Below, one piece after another: positions 28,689 through 38,102 of a DNA stretch of 64,000 nt (position 1 is the first letter of the stretch; the number at the start of each line of letters is the position of its first letter). The translations under genes were made by a program, and so were the position numbers. The notes under the pieces are model-generated. The model was not told the DNA's origin, ran no database searches, and was given only the letters and a program-made list of their open reading frames with translations. This DNA comes from Candidatus Kaelpia imicola. Its GTDB lineage: Bacteria; Omnitrophota; Gorgyraeia; Kaelpiales; Kaelpiaceae. The stretch spans positions 1,064-65,063 of the forward strand of contig JAVCCL010000018.1 of NCBI GenBank assembly GCA_030765505.1, given 5' to 3'.

Positions 28689-30130
28689 TATTTCAGAAGA
28701 GCATAGAAGGAAGACGCGGTTTTAAGATACCTAAAAAAGATTCTCCCTTAGATACTCCTTTTCCTAAAGAGTACAGAAGAGAAGAAGATGCAGAGCTGCC
28801 TCAGGTATCAGAGCTTGATGTTGTGAGGCACTACTCTAATCTCTCCAGAATGAACTTTTCTGTCGATACTAATTTCTATCCCCTGGGGTCATGCACCATG
28901 AAGTATAATCCTAAATTTACAGAAAAAATAGCAAGGCTTCCCGGTTTTGCAGAGCTGCACCCTTTAATACCTCAGCTGTTGGGCGGGGGGCTGCTTGCTC
29001 AGGGTTCACTTGAGGTGATATACAGGACTGAAGAGCTGCTCTCTGAGATAACAGGTATGAGTGCATTTACCACCCAGCCTATGGCAGGTGCTCATGGAGA
29101 GTTAACAGGTGTTATGATTACGGCTGCCTATCATAAATTCTGCGGCAATAGGCGTAAGTATATAGTTATTCCTGACTCATCTCATGGTACGAATCCAGCC
29201 TCTGCTGCGATAGCAGGTTATGAGGTTGTTGTTGTCCCGACAGATGAACAAGGCTGTATGGATATAGATAAGTTTAAAGAATATTTAAACGAAGATCTTG
29301 CAGGTGTTATGCTGACCTGCCCCAACACACTTGGACTTTTTAATCCTAAGATAAAAGAGATAACGGATCTGGCTCATAAAGTTGGTGCTTTAATGTATTA
29401 TGACGGAGCTAATCTTAACGCTATAATTGGTAAGGCAAGACCCGGAGACTTAGGTTTTGATATCCTGCATTTAAATCTCCACAAGTCATTCTCTACTCCT
29501 CACGGCGGAGGCGGTCCCGGTTCAGGTCCGGTTGGAGTTAGAGAGGAGCTGGTTAAGTTCTTACCTATTCCAAGGGTTGCTAAGAGAAAAGATGGAAGCT
29601 TTGCTCTAGATTATGAACATTCTGATTCAATTGGTTATATTGCGCCTTTTTACGGCAACTTCTCTGTCTTACTTAAAGCCTATGCTTATATGGTCTATCT
29701 TGGTAAGTCCGGATTGATAGATGTATCTGAGAAAGCTGTCTTAAATGCAAACTATATTAGGGTAAAACTTAAAGATTATTTTAATATTCCCTATGATAGA
29801 GTCTGCATGCATGAGTTTGTCTTATCCGCTCAAGAGCAGGCCGAGTGCGGAGTCAGGGCGATAGATATTGCAAAGTATTTGATAGATAATGGGATACACC
29901 CTCCAACAGTATATTTTCCGTTAATTGTCAAAGAGGCGATGATGATTGAGCCTACTGAAACAGAGTCCATGGAGACACTGGATAACTTTATTGATGTTAT
30001 GATAGAAGCAGCAAGGTTAAGTAAAGAAGATCCCCAGAGGCTCCATAGAGCACCGGAGAATATGCCTGTCGGCAGGCTTGATGAGACAAAAGCAGCGAGA
30101 GATTTAAATTTAAGATGGCAAAAAGCTTAA
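28679..30130 (+). CDS. gcvPB: Glycine dehydrogenase (decarboxylating) subunit 2
   Basis: PLP-lysine region HLNLHKSFSTPHGGGGPG typical of GcvPB. Confidence 0.88.
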   Translation: MRLIFQKSIEGRRGFKIPKKDSPLDTPFPKEYRREEDAELPQVSELDVVRHYSNLSRMNFSVDTNFYPLGSCTMKYNPKFTEKIARLPGFAELHPLIPQLLGGGLLAQGSLEVIYRTEELLSEITGMSAFTTQPMAGAHGELTGVMITAAYHKFCGNRRKYIVIPDSSHGTNPASAAIAGYEVVVVPTDEQGCMDIDKFKEYLNEDLAGVMLTCPNTLGLFNPKIKEITDLAHKVGALMYYDGANLNAIIGKARPGDLGFDILHLNLHKSFSTPHGGGGPGSGPVGVREELVKFLPIPRVAKRKDGSFALDYEHSDSIGYIAPFYGNFSVLLKAYAYMVYLGKSGLIDVSEKAVLNANYIRVKLKDYFNIPYDRVCMHEFVLSAQEQAECGVRAIDIAKYLIDNGIHPPTVYFPLIVKEAMMIEPTETESMETLDNFIDVMIEAARLSKEDPQRLHRAPENMPVGRLDETKAARDLNLRWQKA

Positions 30131-30948
30131 GAAGATTCCGCCTTATTCTCTCCGGCTGCTCTCACCCTTATTGCAACATGGCGTTTGACCAGGCGCTTAT
30201 AAGTTCAGTATCTAATTTAGACAGCCCTCCTATATTTAGAGTCTATGGCTGGAGACCGTATGGGGTCTCGTTCGGTTTCACTCAGAAGATTGAGACTGTT
30301 CTTGATCTAGAGAGATGCGATGCCAAGAATGTTCCTTATGTCCGCAGGATGACAGGGGGTAGTGTTATCTTACATAGAGATGATATCTCATATAGCGTTA
30401 TATCAAAGAGAGAGGATCTATGTATTAGAGGCGGGGTGCTGGACTCTTATAAAACTATAAACTCTTTTCTAATCCGGTTCTACGAGAGCCTGGGTTTAAA
30501 AGTAGAGTATGCCGAAAATAAAGATAGCGGTATTGATTCAGGAGTCTGCTCTTTTTTTAAGGAGAGATATGATGTAATATATAAAGGTCTTAAGATAGGG
30601 GGCAATGCACAGAGAAGGAGAGGAGATGTTCTTTTTCAGCATGGTTCAATATCTTTAAAGGACAGCAGCTCTGAATTGCTGATGCTTTTAAAAGAGAGCA
30701 GCAGGAGGAGTGAAGCGAAGAGCATCTCTTTAAATAGAGCATTAAATAGGGAGATAGGTTTTAGAGAGGCTGAAGCTCTTTTAGCGGGAGCTTTTAAAGA
30801 TACCTTTGAGGTAGAGTTTAAAGAGTCCAGCCTTCTAGATGAAGAGCTGTTAAAGATTGAGTTTTTAGATAAGAATAAGTATTCAACCAAGGATTGGAAT
30901 TTAGAAAGGAGAGATTATGCTAAAGAGACATCCAGTTTGGTTAAATAA
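30115..30948 (+). CDS. Lipoate-protein ligase/octanoyltransferase family (BPL/LPL catalytic domain)
   Basis: BPL_LPL catalytic-domain architecture. Sits between gcvPB and lipA, with overlapping starts. Confidence 0.7.
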   Translation: MAKSLRRFRLILSGCSHPYCNMAFDQALISSVSNLDSPPIFRVYGWRPYGVSFGFTQKIETVLDLERCDAKNVPYVRRMTGGSVILHRDDISYSVISKREDLCIRGGVLDSYKTINSFLIRFYESLGLKVEYAENKDSGIDSGVCSFFKERYDVIYKGLKIGGNAQRRRGDVLFQHGSISLKDSSSELLMLLKESSRRSEAKSISLNRALNREIGFREAEALLAGAFKDTFEVEFKESSLLDEELLKIEFLDKNKYSTKDWNLERRDYAKETSSLVK

Positions 30949-31777
30949 GAAGATCAGTTTCAATAAGATGACCCAGATGCAGGCTCTGCTTAATAAGTTC
31001 AAGTTAAATACTGTATGTCAGTCTGCAGCCTGTCCCAATATAGGAGAGTGCTTTGCAGAAGGTGAGGCAGCATTTATAATTTTGGGCAAGTATTGCAGCA
31101 GGAACTGCAGCTTCTGTAATATAGACAACTTAGAGCCTGAGAGTGTTGACCATGATGAACCGCGCAGGATAGCAGAGGCGGTCAGAGAGCTTAACCTTAA
31201 ACATGTTGTTATAACTTCAGTTACAAGAGATGACTTGTCTGATGGCGGAGCAGGGGTATTTGCCAGTACAGTGAGAAATATAAAAGAGAATACACAGGAT
31301 CTAATAATTGAAGTATTGATACCGGACTTTCAGCTTAATAGAGAGTCTTTAAATATTGTTATAGATTCAAAGCCTGATATTATAGCCCATAATCTTGAGA
31401 CTGTCGGCAGGTTATATTCAGAGGTGAGGCCTCAGGCAGATTACGAGAGGTCTTTAGAGGTGCTTGATATAATAAAGAGGACAGATAGAGATATATTTAC
31501 AAAGTCCGGGCTAATGCTGGGATTAGGGGAGAGAGAGGAGGAGATCTTAGAAGTCTTTGATGACCTGAGAGCTGTAGCCTGTGATTTCCTGAGCATCGGT
31601 CAGTATCTGGCTCCAACGCTTAAACACTATCCAATATCTGATTATGTCGAACCTAAGAAGTTCAGAGAGTATAAAGAGCAGGCTATCAAGAGAGGGTTCT
31701 CCTATGTTATGAGCGCCCCTTATGTACGGAGTTCCTACCGGGCTGGAGAGTATTTAAGAAACAGGGTTAAATTTTAG
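30917..31777 (+). CDS. lipA: Lipoyl synthase (radical SAM)
   Basis: N-terminal auxiliary cluster Cys motif (CQSAACPNIGEC) and radical-SAM CSRNCSFC. Confidence 0.88.
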   Translation: MLKRHPVWLNKKISFNKMTQMQALLNKFKLNTVCQSAACPNIGECFAEGEAAFIILGKYCSRNCSFCNIDNLEPESVDHDEPRRIAEAVRELNLKHVVITSVTRDDLSDGGAGVFASTVRNIKENTQDLIIEVLIPDFQLNRESLNIVIDSKPDIIAHNLETVGRLYSEVRPQADYERSLEVLDIIKRTDRDIFTKSGLMLGLGEREEEILEVFDDLRAVACDFLSIGQYLAPTLKHYPISDYVEPKKFREYKEQAIKRGFSYVMSAPYVRSSYRAGEYLRNRVKF

Positions 31778-31847
31778 TTGTAGCTAATTTATCTTTAGGA
31801 GTATAATTTTCTAAACTTCTTTAATATTGAATTGATAAGGTATTTTT

Positions 31848-33536
31848 ATGTTAGAACAGTTAGAAGATATACTTTCAAAGATATCAGTTGCTCATCTTAA
31901 TGTGCTTCTGCTCTTGGGTCTGGCACTATTTGGCGGTACAGTTGGCGGAAGAGTGTTTGAGCGTCTCAAGATTCCCAAAGTCGTAGGCTATATTATAATC
32001 GGCGTTCTTATAGGCAGGACCGGATTTAAGCTTGTTAATCTGGAGGTAATTCACTCTCTTCAGCCATTCAGTTATTTTGCACTTGGATTGATAGGCTTTA
32101 TGGTTGGAGGAGAACTAAAACGTGAGATCTTTCAGAAGTATGGAAAGCAGCTAATCTATATTCTTCTCTGTGAGGGTATAGCTCCTTTTGTACTTGTTAC
32201 TCTCTTTATGGGTTTCACCTGTACGGTTATATTCGGTAATGCTCAGTCTGCTTGGGCATTGGCTATATTGGTCGGGGCTATTGCATCAGCAACTGACCCT
32301 GCTACGACTACGAATGTTTTAAAAGAGTATCGAGCCAGAGGACCGTTAAGTTCAACAGTACTTGGAATAGTTGCTTTAGATGACGGTCTTGCGCTTATGC
32401 TCTTTGTCTTAGCCTCTTCTGTTGCAGGAAGACTGATAGGCCAGGGCAGTTCCTCCCTTCTAAATACTTTTATCTATCCCTTATATGAGATTGGAGGTGC
32501 TATAGTACTCGGCCTGACATCAGGATTTATACTCAATAAGATTATTCGTCACTACTCTGAAGCTGCAAGAATATTGGCATTTGCAATAGGCATGGTTCTT
32601 TTAGTTAGCGGTATAGCCCTTGCTGCCCGTATCGATATGCTTCTTGCGACGATGACGCTTGGAATCATAGTGGTTAACTCTACACCCCGTAAGAGCAAAG
32701 AGGTTTTTAAGCTTGTAGAAGGGTTTACTCCTCCTATATACGTGCTCTTCTTCGTGCTGGTTGGAGCAAGACTGGATCTAAGGAATCTAACTCTGCCTAT
32801 AATAGTGCTTGTAATCATATATCTATTTGGAACTATGGGAGGTAAAATCTTAGGTGCCAGGTTCGGAGCAAAGATATCGCATGCAACAGATAGTGTCAGA
32901 AGATATCTGCCTTTAGCACTATTTCCTCAGGCAGGGGTTGCAATAGGTCTATCTATTCTTGCATCAAACTATTTTCCCGGCGAGATCGGTAATACACTTA
33001 TTATAATAATAACAACGACAACTTTTATAACTCAAATAATAGGTCCTCCTCTTACAAAGTTAGCCTTAAAGAGAGCAGGCGAGGTAGGTTTAAATATAAC
33101 AGAAGAGGATATCATGCTCCAGAGCCATGCCGATGATATCATGGATAAAAACCCTCCTCTTATATATGAGAATATGAGTCTGGTGGATATTCTGGATGTA
33201 TTTAGTAAGAGCAACAATCTTTACTATCCGGTAGTAGATGGAGAGAGAAAACTGAAGGGTATAATTACAATAGATAATATTAAAAGAAGCATGGCAAGTG
33301 TTGATTTAGGTCCACTTGTCTTAGCTTATGATCTCATGGATACAGAAGTTATTCTTACCCATCCTGAGATGGAGATGATAGAGATAAAAGAGACTATCGA
33401 TATGTATAATCTGGACTTCCTTCCGGTTGTAGATGAAAAGAGATATTTGCTTGGTTTTATTGAGAGAAGTGGATTTGAGAGGTTCATATCTACTCGTATG
33501 ATTGAGCTTCAAAAGCAGACTGAGTCTTTGGGTTGA
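31848..33536 (+). CDS. Cation:proton antiporter (CPA/Kef/NhaP-type) with a C-terminal CBS-domain pair
   Basis: About 12 TM helices of a Na_H exchanger fold, plus about 150 aa of C-terminal CBS-like repeats. Confidence 0.78.
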   Translation: MLEQLEDILSKISVAHLNVLLLLGLALFGGTVGGRVFERLKIPKVVGYIIIGVLIGRTGFKLVNLEVIHSLQPFSYFALGLIGFMVGGELKREIFQKYGKQLIYILLCEGIAPFVLVTLFMGFTCTVIFGNAQSAWALAILVGAIASATDPATTTNVLKEYRARGPLSSTVLGIVALDDGLALMLFVLASSVAGRLIGQGSSSLLNTFIYPLYEIGGAIVLGLTSGFILNKIIRHYSEAARILAFAIGMVLLVSGIALAARIDMLLATMTLGIIVVNSTPRKSKEVFKLVEGFTPPIYVLFFVLVGARLDLRNLTLPIIVLVIIYLFGTMGGKILGARFGAKISHATDSVRRYLPLALFPQAGVAIGLSILASNYFPGEIGNTLIIIITTTTFITQIIGPPLTKLALKRAGEVGLNITEEDIMLQSHADDIMDKNPPLIYENMSLVDILDVFSKSNNLYYPVVDGERKLKGIITIDNIKRSMASVDLGPLVLAYDLMDTEVILTHPEMEMIEIKETIDMYNLDFLPVVDEKRYLLGFIERSGFERFISTRMIELQKQTESLG

Positions 33537-33652
33537 TCTTAGATTTTAATTTACATAGATACAGAATAAGAGCAATTTAGTTGGTCAAGCTATTATTGAA
33601 AGAGAAATAATCTCGTTTTGTCTTATAATCAGAGTGGTTTTTATTGAAAGTT

Positions 33653-33698
33653 ATACCATGAAATAAGAAGTTGACAATTTAGTATTTCATGGTATATT
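33653..33698 (+). promoter_or_regulatory. Palindromic operator overlapping a near-consensus sigma70-type promoter; transcript likely leaderless
   Basis: Perfect 13-bp inverted repeat ATACCATGAAATA (33653-33665) / TATTTCATGGTAT (33683-33695) flanks TTGACA (33671-33676). A 16-bp spacer separates it from TATATT (33693-33698). The ATG of the downstream gene is at 33705, so there is no room for an SD sequence. Confidence 0.5.
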
Positions 33699-33704
33699 TA
33701 AAAT

Positions 33705-34856
33705 ATGATAGAGCGAAAAAGATATATTGATTCCATTAAAAAGGTACTTAAGAGAAGTCGGGCGGCTGCTCTTTTAGGTCCTCGTCAATGCGGTAAAACT
33801 ACACTAGCACAGAATCTCATTGACGTCCGTTCCCCTAATTATTTTGATCTTGAAGATCAAAGCAGTCTTATTGCTTTGGTTAACCCCAAAGGTGTACTTG
33901 AGCCGCTGAAAGGTCTGGTTGTTATTGATGAAGTTCAGCAGCGGCCTGAACTTTTCTCCGTTTTACGTGTTCTCTTAGATCGAAAACCTTTGCCTGCAAA
34001 TTTCCTTATTCTCGGAAGCGCATCTCCTGATTTTTTACGGCAATCATCAGAGTCTCTTGCAGGACGTTTGGAATTGATTGAAATGGGCGGGTTTAATCTT
34101 GCTGAGATTGGTGAAAAAAAAGTCTTACGGTTATGGTTAAGAGGGGGGTTTCCGTTATCGTTTTTAGCTAAAAGTGACGCAGATAGTTTTGCTTGGCGAA
34201 AAAGTTTTATTAAAACATTTTTAGAACGTGATTTGCGTGAACAGGGAATTGAACTGCCGTCTGTGACATTATATCGTTTTTGGGCTATGCTTGCCAACAG
34301 TCATGGGCAGATATGGAATGCAGCTCCAATTGCTTCTTCATTAGGTATTTCAGAGCCGACAGTCAGAAAATATTTGGATATTCTTACAGGTGTGTTTATG
34401 GTGCGTCAACTTCAGCCATGGCATGTAAATATTAAAAAGCGTCAAGTTAAATCACCAAAATTATATTTTCGTGATACGGGAATATTGAATTCTTTTTTGG
34501 AATTAAAAACGGAAGCAGAAGTTTTGCGTCACCAAATATGCGGAGCATCTTGGGAAGGTTTTGTAATCGAACAATTGATTTATATTCTTGAGATTGACCA
34601 TCCGTATTTCTGGGCAACACATCAAGGAGCAGAGATTGATCTGGTATTTAACAAAGGCGGGGCTATGTATGGCATTGAGATTAAACGAGCGGATGCTCCG
34701 ACGATAACTCTATCTATGAAGAATGCACTAAAGGATTTAAAACTCAGACGCATTGCTGTTATCTATCCTGGTAAAAAACGATATTCGATTCATAAACAGA
34801 TTGAGGTCGTGCCATTTGATGAAATTTTAGGCGGAATGAAGGGGTTATTGGGATAA
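33705..34856 (+). CDS. AAA+ ATPase of the DUF4143 (AAA_14 + DUF4143) family, copy 1
   Basis: Walker A LLGPRQCGKTTLA and Walker B VVIDEVQ. The characteristic C-terminal DUF4143 region is present. Confidence 0.85.
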   Translation: MIERKRYIDSIKKVLKRSRAAALLGPRQCGKTTLAQNLIDVRSPNYFDLEDQSSLIALVNPKGVLEPLKGLVVIDEVQQRPELFSVLRVLLDRKPLPANFLILGSASPDFLRQSSESLAGRLELIEMGGFNLAEIGEKKVLRLWLRGGFPLSFLAKSDADSFAWRKSFIKTFLERDLREQGIELPSVTLYRFWAMLANSHGQIWNAAPIASSLGISEPTVRKYLDILTGVFMVRQLQPWHVNIKKRQVKSPKLYFRDTGILNSFLELKTEAEVLRHQICGASWEGFVIEQLIYILEIDHPYFWATHQGAEIDLVFNKGGAMYGIEIKRADAPTITLSMKNALKDLKLRRIAVIYPGKKRYSIHKQIEVVPFDEILGGMKGLLG

Positions 34857-35138
34857 TTGTACGGAGTTTAAATTAACAGTGCTATTTTTAAGTGATATTT
34901 GGGTTAAACTCTTTACTATTATACCAATTTGTTGATTATCTTATGGTAAGAGATTGGTATTATACGATATTCTTGCCCCAAGAAAATGGCTCTAGGCTTA
35001 AAGTGTAAATCTCAAAGATAACAGCAATATGACAATATATTCTTTCGTGATTATTGAATAGAGAGATATTAGGGGATTTGATAATATAGAGCATTAGGTA
35101 AAGGTTGAAGCGGCGGTTAAACCTTAAAAGGAGGAGAG

Positions 35139-35384
35139 ATGCTTAGTATCCATACATTGTCTATAGCGGCAGAGGTTATCATTGTTTTGATCGGGTTGGC
35201 AATACTGTTATTCAAGAAGAGGATTATAGGTTTGGGTGTTGCTCTTACTTATGGGATATACGTATTTTATGATATTGCAAAGTTTACTCATTATAGTATC
35301 AATCAGTCTCTTCTCTATGGCCTATTCTTTATAGCAACTCTCTCTATGCTTTTAGTTGTTATAAGAATATATAGAACAGGTTGA
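35139..35384 (+). CDS. Small hypothetical membrane protein (81 aa)
   Basis: Strong RBS AAAGGAGGAGAG upstream and two or three hydrophobic helices. Confidence 0.5.
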   Translation: MLSIHTLSIAAEVIIVLIGLAILLFKKRIIGLGVALTYGIYVFYDIAKFTHYSINQSLLYGLFFIATLSMLLVVIRIYRTG

Positions 35385-35605
35385 AAGTAATTTATCTAAC
35401 ATAGATGAGAATATTAGTTGTTTTATTAGTTTTTTTTATTCTATCAGGTTCTATTTTCATTCTTAATCAAAGAGAGAATTACAATATAGTTGAGTTGACC
35501 GACTATACCTTAAGTTATGATCTTTTATCTGAAGAGAACCTTAAACCTTAGTATAGTTTTCCCAATCTTTACAGGGAGTATTCCCGGATTATATCAGAGG
35601 ATGAA

Positions 35606-36394
35606 TTGAAGAGTATAATTACCCAATCAGAAGTATTCCTAGAGCAGGAATATTTTGACGATAAGAGTACCTCTTTAAAAGATATTATAATAGATGGTTT
35701 AAACATAAGATTCCTTCTTAAGGACGTAGACTCTAGAGAGTTAAGAGTAACTACGATATCAGATAAAGAGAGGGATGGTTATCATGAAAGAGAGCTGCTA
35801 TTTGAAGATCAGAATGTAGGTACTTTTTTTGTTACATTGCTTATTCCTCATGAAGAGAGAGATAGTTATTTTGCTATTTTAGGCCTTCCCGGCCATGGTA
35901 CATGGAATCAAGATTTTATAGAAAACTACCATGCTGGTGATCTAGCAAGAGCCGGCTTTATAGTTATAATACCATTTATGCGGGCTATGATGGATTGGGA
36001 GTCCGATCATGCAGTAAGTAAACATCTGTTATGTAATGGGTTTACCCTGATGGGTCTTAGAGTCTATGAATCCCTGCTTACCCTTAAATATCTTAAGTAT
36101 CTTGAAGAGGTTGATAGTAATAAGATTGGTATTTTAGCTCATTCAGGAGGTGCTGCTATTGCAAACCTTCTTATCTATGTAACTGATGATTTTAAAGCCC
36201 TCTTAAGAGATTATAATAGCAACTATCTCGATATTATCCTTGAAAAGCTTCACTGTGAGACTATACCCAGCATCTTTCCTTTCTATATGCTTATCAACTC
36301 TAAAGAATCTACCCCTATAGCTATTCTAGAAACACCATATGGATTTAAAGTTAATAGAGAGGATATAATAGTATTTTTTAATCAACATCTTTGA
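35606..36394 (+). CDS. Alpha/beta hydrolase (dienelactone hydrolase/esterase-like)
   Basis: GxSxG elbow AHSGGA. TTG start at 35606 preceded by AGAGGA, with no in-frame ATG upstream. Confidence 0.55.
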   Translation: MKSIITQSEVFLEQEYFDDKSTSLKDIIIDGLNIRFLLKDVDSRELRVTTISDKERDGYHERELLFEDQNVGTFFVTLLIPHEERDSYFAILGLPGHGTWNQDFIENYHAGDLARAGFIVIIPFMRAMMDWESDHAVSKHLLCNGFTLMGLRVYESLLTLKYLKYLEEVDSNKIGILAHSGGAAIANLLIYVTDDFKALLRDYNSNYLDIILEKLHCETIPSIFPFYMLINSKESTPIAILETPYGFKVNREDIIVFFNQHL

Positions 36395-36481
36395 TTTTAG
36401 AAAGCTTTAGCCTTTTTGACTAAAATCATTTCTTAATATATAATATAACCTCATTGACAACATAATTTTTTAGGAGGAATA

Positions 36482-38101
36482 ATGAGTGAGCCTAATTTTG
36501 ATGCTGTAATATTTGATCTTGACGGGGTTATTACCGATACTGCCGTCCTGCATGTTGAATCCTGGAAGGATATTTTTGACGACTATCTTAAGAAACTGGA
36601 AGCCCGAGGGGGTGAAAAGTTCCGCGAGTTTACCCATAAAGGCGACTACCTTCCCTATGTAGACGGTAAGCCGCGCTATGAAGGGGTTAAGAGTTTTCTT
36701 GCTTCACGCGGTATTGAGCTTCCATTTGGGGACTCAGGTGATGAAGCAGAGAGAGAGACTATATGCGGGTTGGGTAATAAGAAGAACGAACAGTTCGTCA
36801 AGCATCTTAAAGCTGAGGGTGCAGAGGTCTTTCAGTCAACGATTGAGTTTATTAAGGAGCTGCAGAGAAGAGGTATCAAGACAGGAGTTGCTTCATCATC
36901 TAAAAACTGTAAGACTATTCTTGAGTCTGTTGGTATCGAAAATGTGTTCCAAACCCGCGTTGACGGAGTAGTATCTGTAGAGTTAGATTTAAAAGGTAAA
37001 CCCGAAGCCGATATATTCCTGAAAGCAGCCTCTGATATAGGTGCAGAGCCGTCGCGTTCAGTTGTTGTTGAAGATGCAACGAGCGGTGTTATGGCGGGAC
37101 GTAACGGCGGATTTGGTCTGGTCCTTGGTATTGCGCGTGAGGGCCGTATTGAAGACTTGCTTGATAACGGTGCTGATATTGTTGTTTCCGACATGGCTGA
37201 TATATCTGTTGACTGGGTCGATAATTGGTTTAAGAAGAGACCCAGAGAACTCTTCAATAATTGGGATAAGAGCGATAGTGCTATAGATATTGATGGAGAG
37301 CTTATAGATAGTAGTTCTAATGTAAAGATAAACCCTCTCTATCTCTCTTCTGGTTTAGATCTATTCAAGGATAGGAGGCCTGTCATATTTCTTGATTATG
37401 ACGGTACTCTTACTCCGATAGTGGATAGACCTGAGCTTGCTCTGCTCTCAAGTGATATGCGGGAGGTAATCAAAGAGCTGATTGGGAAGTATACCGTAGC
37501 TATTGTAAGCGGGAGAGGGAGAGAGGATGTTGAGAACCTTGTAGATATTAAAGGTATATTCTATGCCGGTAACCATGGTTTTGATATCAAAGGCCCTTCC
37601 CTCTCCATGGTTCAGCCTGACGCAGAACGCGTAATTCCCGCAGTTAAAGAAGCAGTAGATTATTTAAAAAATAGGCTCTCATCTATTGATGGTCTATTGG
37701 TAGAGGAGAAGAAGTTTTCGGTTGCTGTCCATTATAGGCTTGTAGCTGAGGATAGATATCTGAGAGTTATTGAAGATGAGGTTAAGAAGGTAGTAGATAG
37801 AGAGGACTCTTTACGTCTTATGCATGGTAAGAAGGTCTTTGAGATCTTGCCCAATATTTACTGGAACAAGGGCTGCGTGATAAGATGGATAGTCGATATA
37901 CTCAGTCTCTCTTTTAAAGACAATTCAATTGTATATATAGGTGATGATACAACAGATGAAGATGCTTTTAGGGTTATCCGTTCTAGAGGCTGCGGTATTC
38001 TGGTAGCGGAAGAGCTGCGTTCTTCAGCTGCTGATTTTTGGGTCAGGAATCCTGATAGTGTTAAAAAGCTATTTAAGAGACTGATTGAATTGAAAGATTA
38101 A
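36482..38101 (+). CDS. Fused beta-phosphoglucomutase-like HAD domain (N) and trehalose-6-phosphate phosphatase-like HAD domain (C)
   Basis: N-terminal HAD motif I FDLDGVITDT with a beta-PGM-like cap region. A second HAD motif I FLDYDGTLTP and a C-terminal GDDTTDEDAF are typical of OtsB/T6PP. Confidence 0.78.
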   Translation: MSEPNFDAVIFDLDGVITDTAVLHVESWKDIFDDYLKKLEARGGEKFREFTHKGDYLPYVDGKPRYEGVKSFLASRGIELPFGDSGDEAERETICGLGNKKNEQFVKHLKAEGAEVFQSTIEFIKELQRRGIKTGVASSSKNCKTILESVGIENVFQTRVDGVVSVELDLKGKPEADIFLKAASDIGAEPSRSVVVEDATSGVMAGRNGGFGLVLGIAREGRIEDLLDNGADIVVSDMADISVDWVDNWFKKRPRELFNNWDKSDSAIDIDGELIDSSSNVKINPLYLSSGLDLFKDRRPVIFLDYDGTLTPIVDRPELALLSSDMREVIKELIGKYTVAIVSGRGREDVENLVDIKGIFYAGNHGFDIKGPSLSMVQPDAERVIPAVKEAVDYLKNRLSSIDGLLVEEKKFSVAVHYRLVAEDRYLRVIEDEVKKVVDREDSLRLMHGKKVFEILPNIYWNKGCVIRWIVDILSLSFKDNSIVYIGDDTTDEDAFRVIRSRGCGILVAEELRSSAADFWVRNPDSVKKLFKRLIELKD

Positions 38102-38102
38102 T

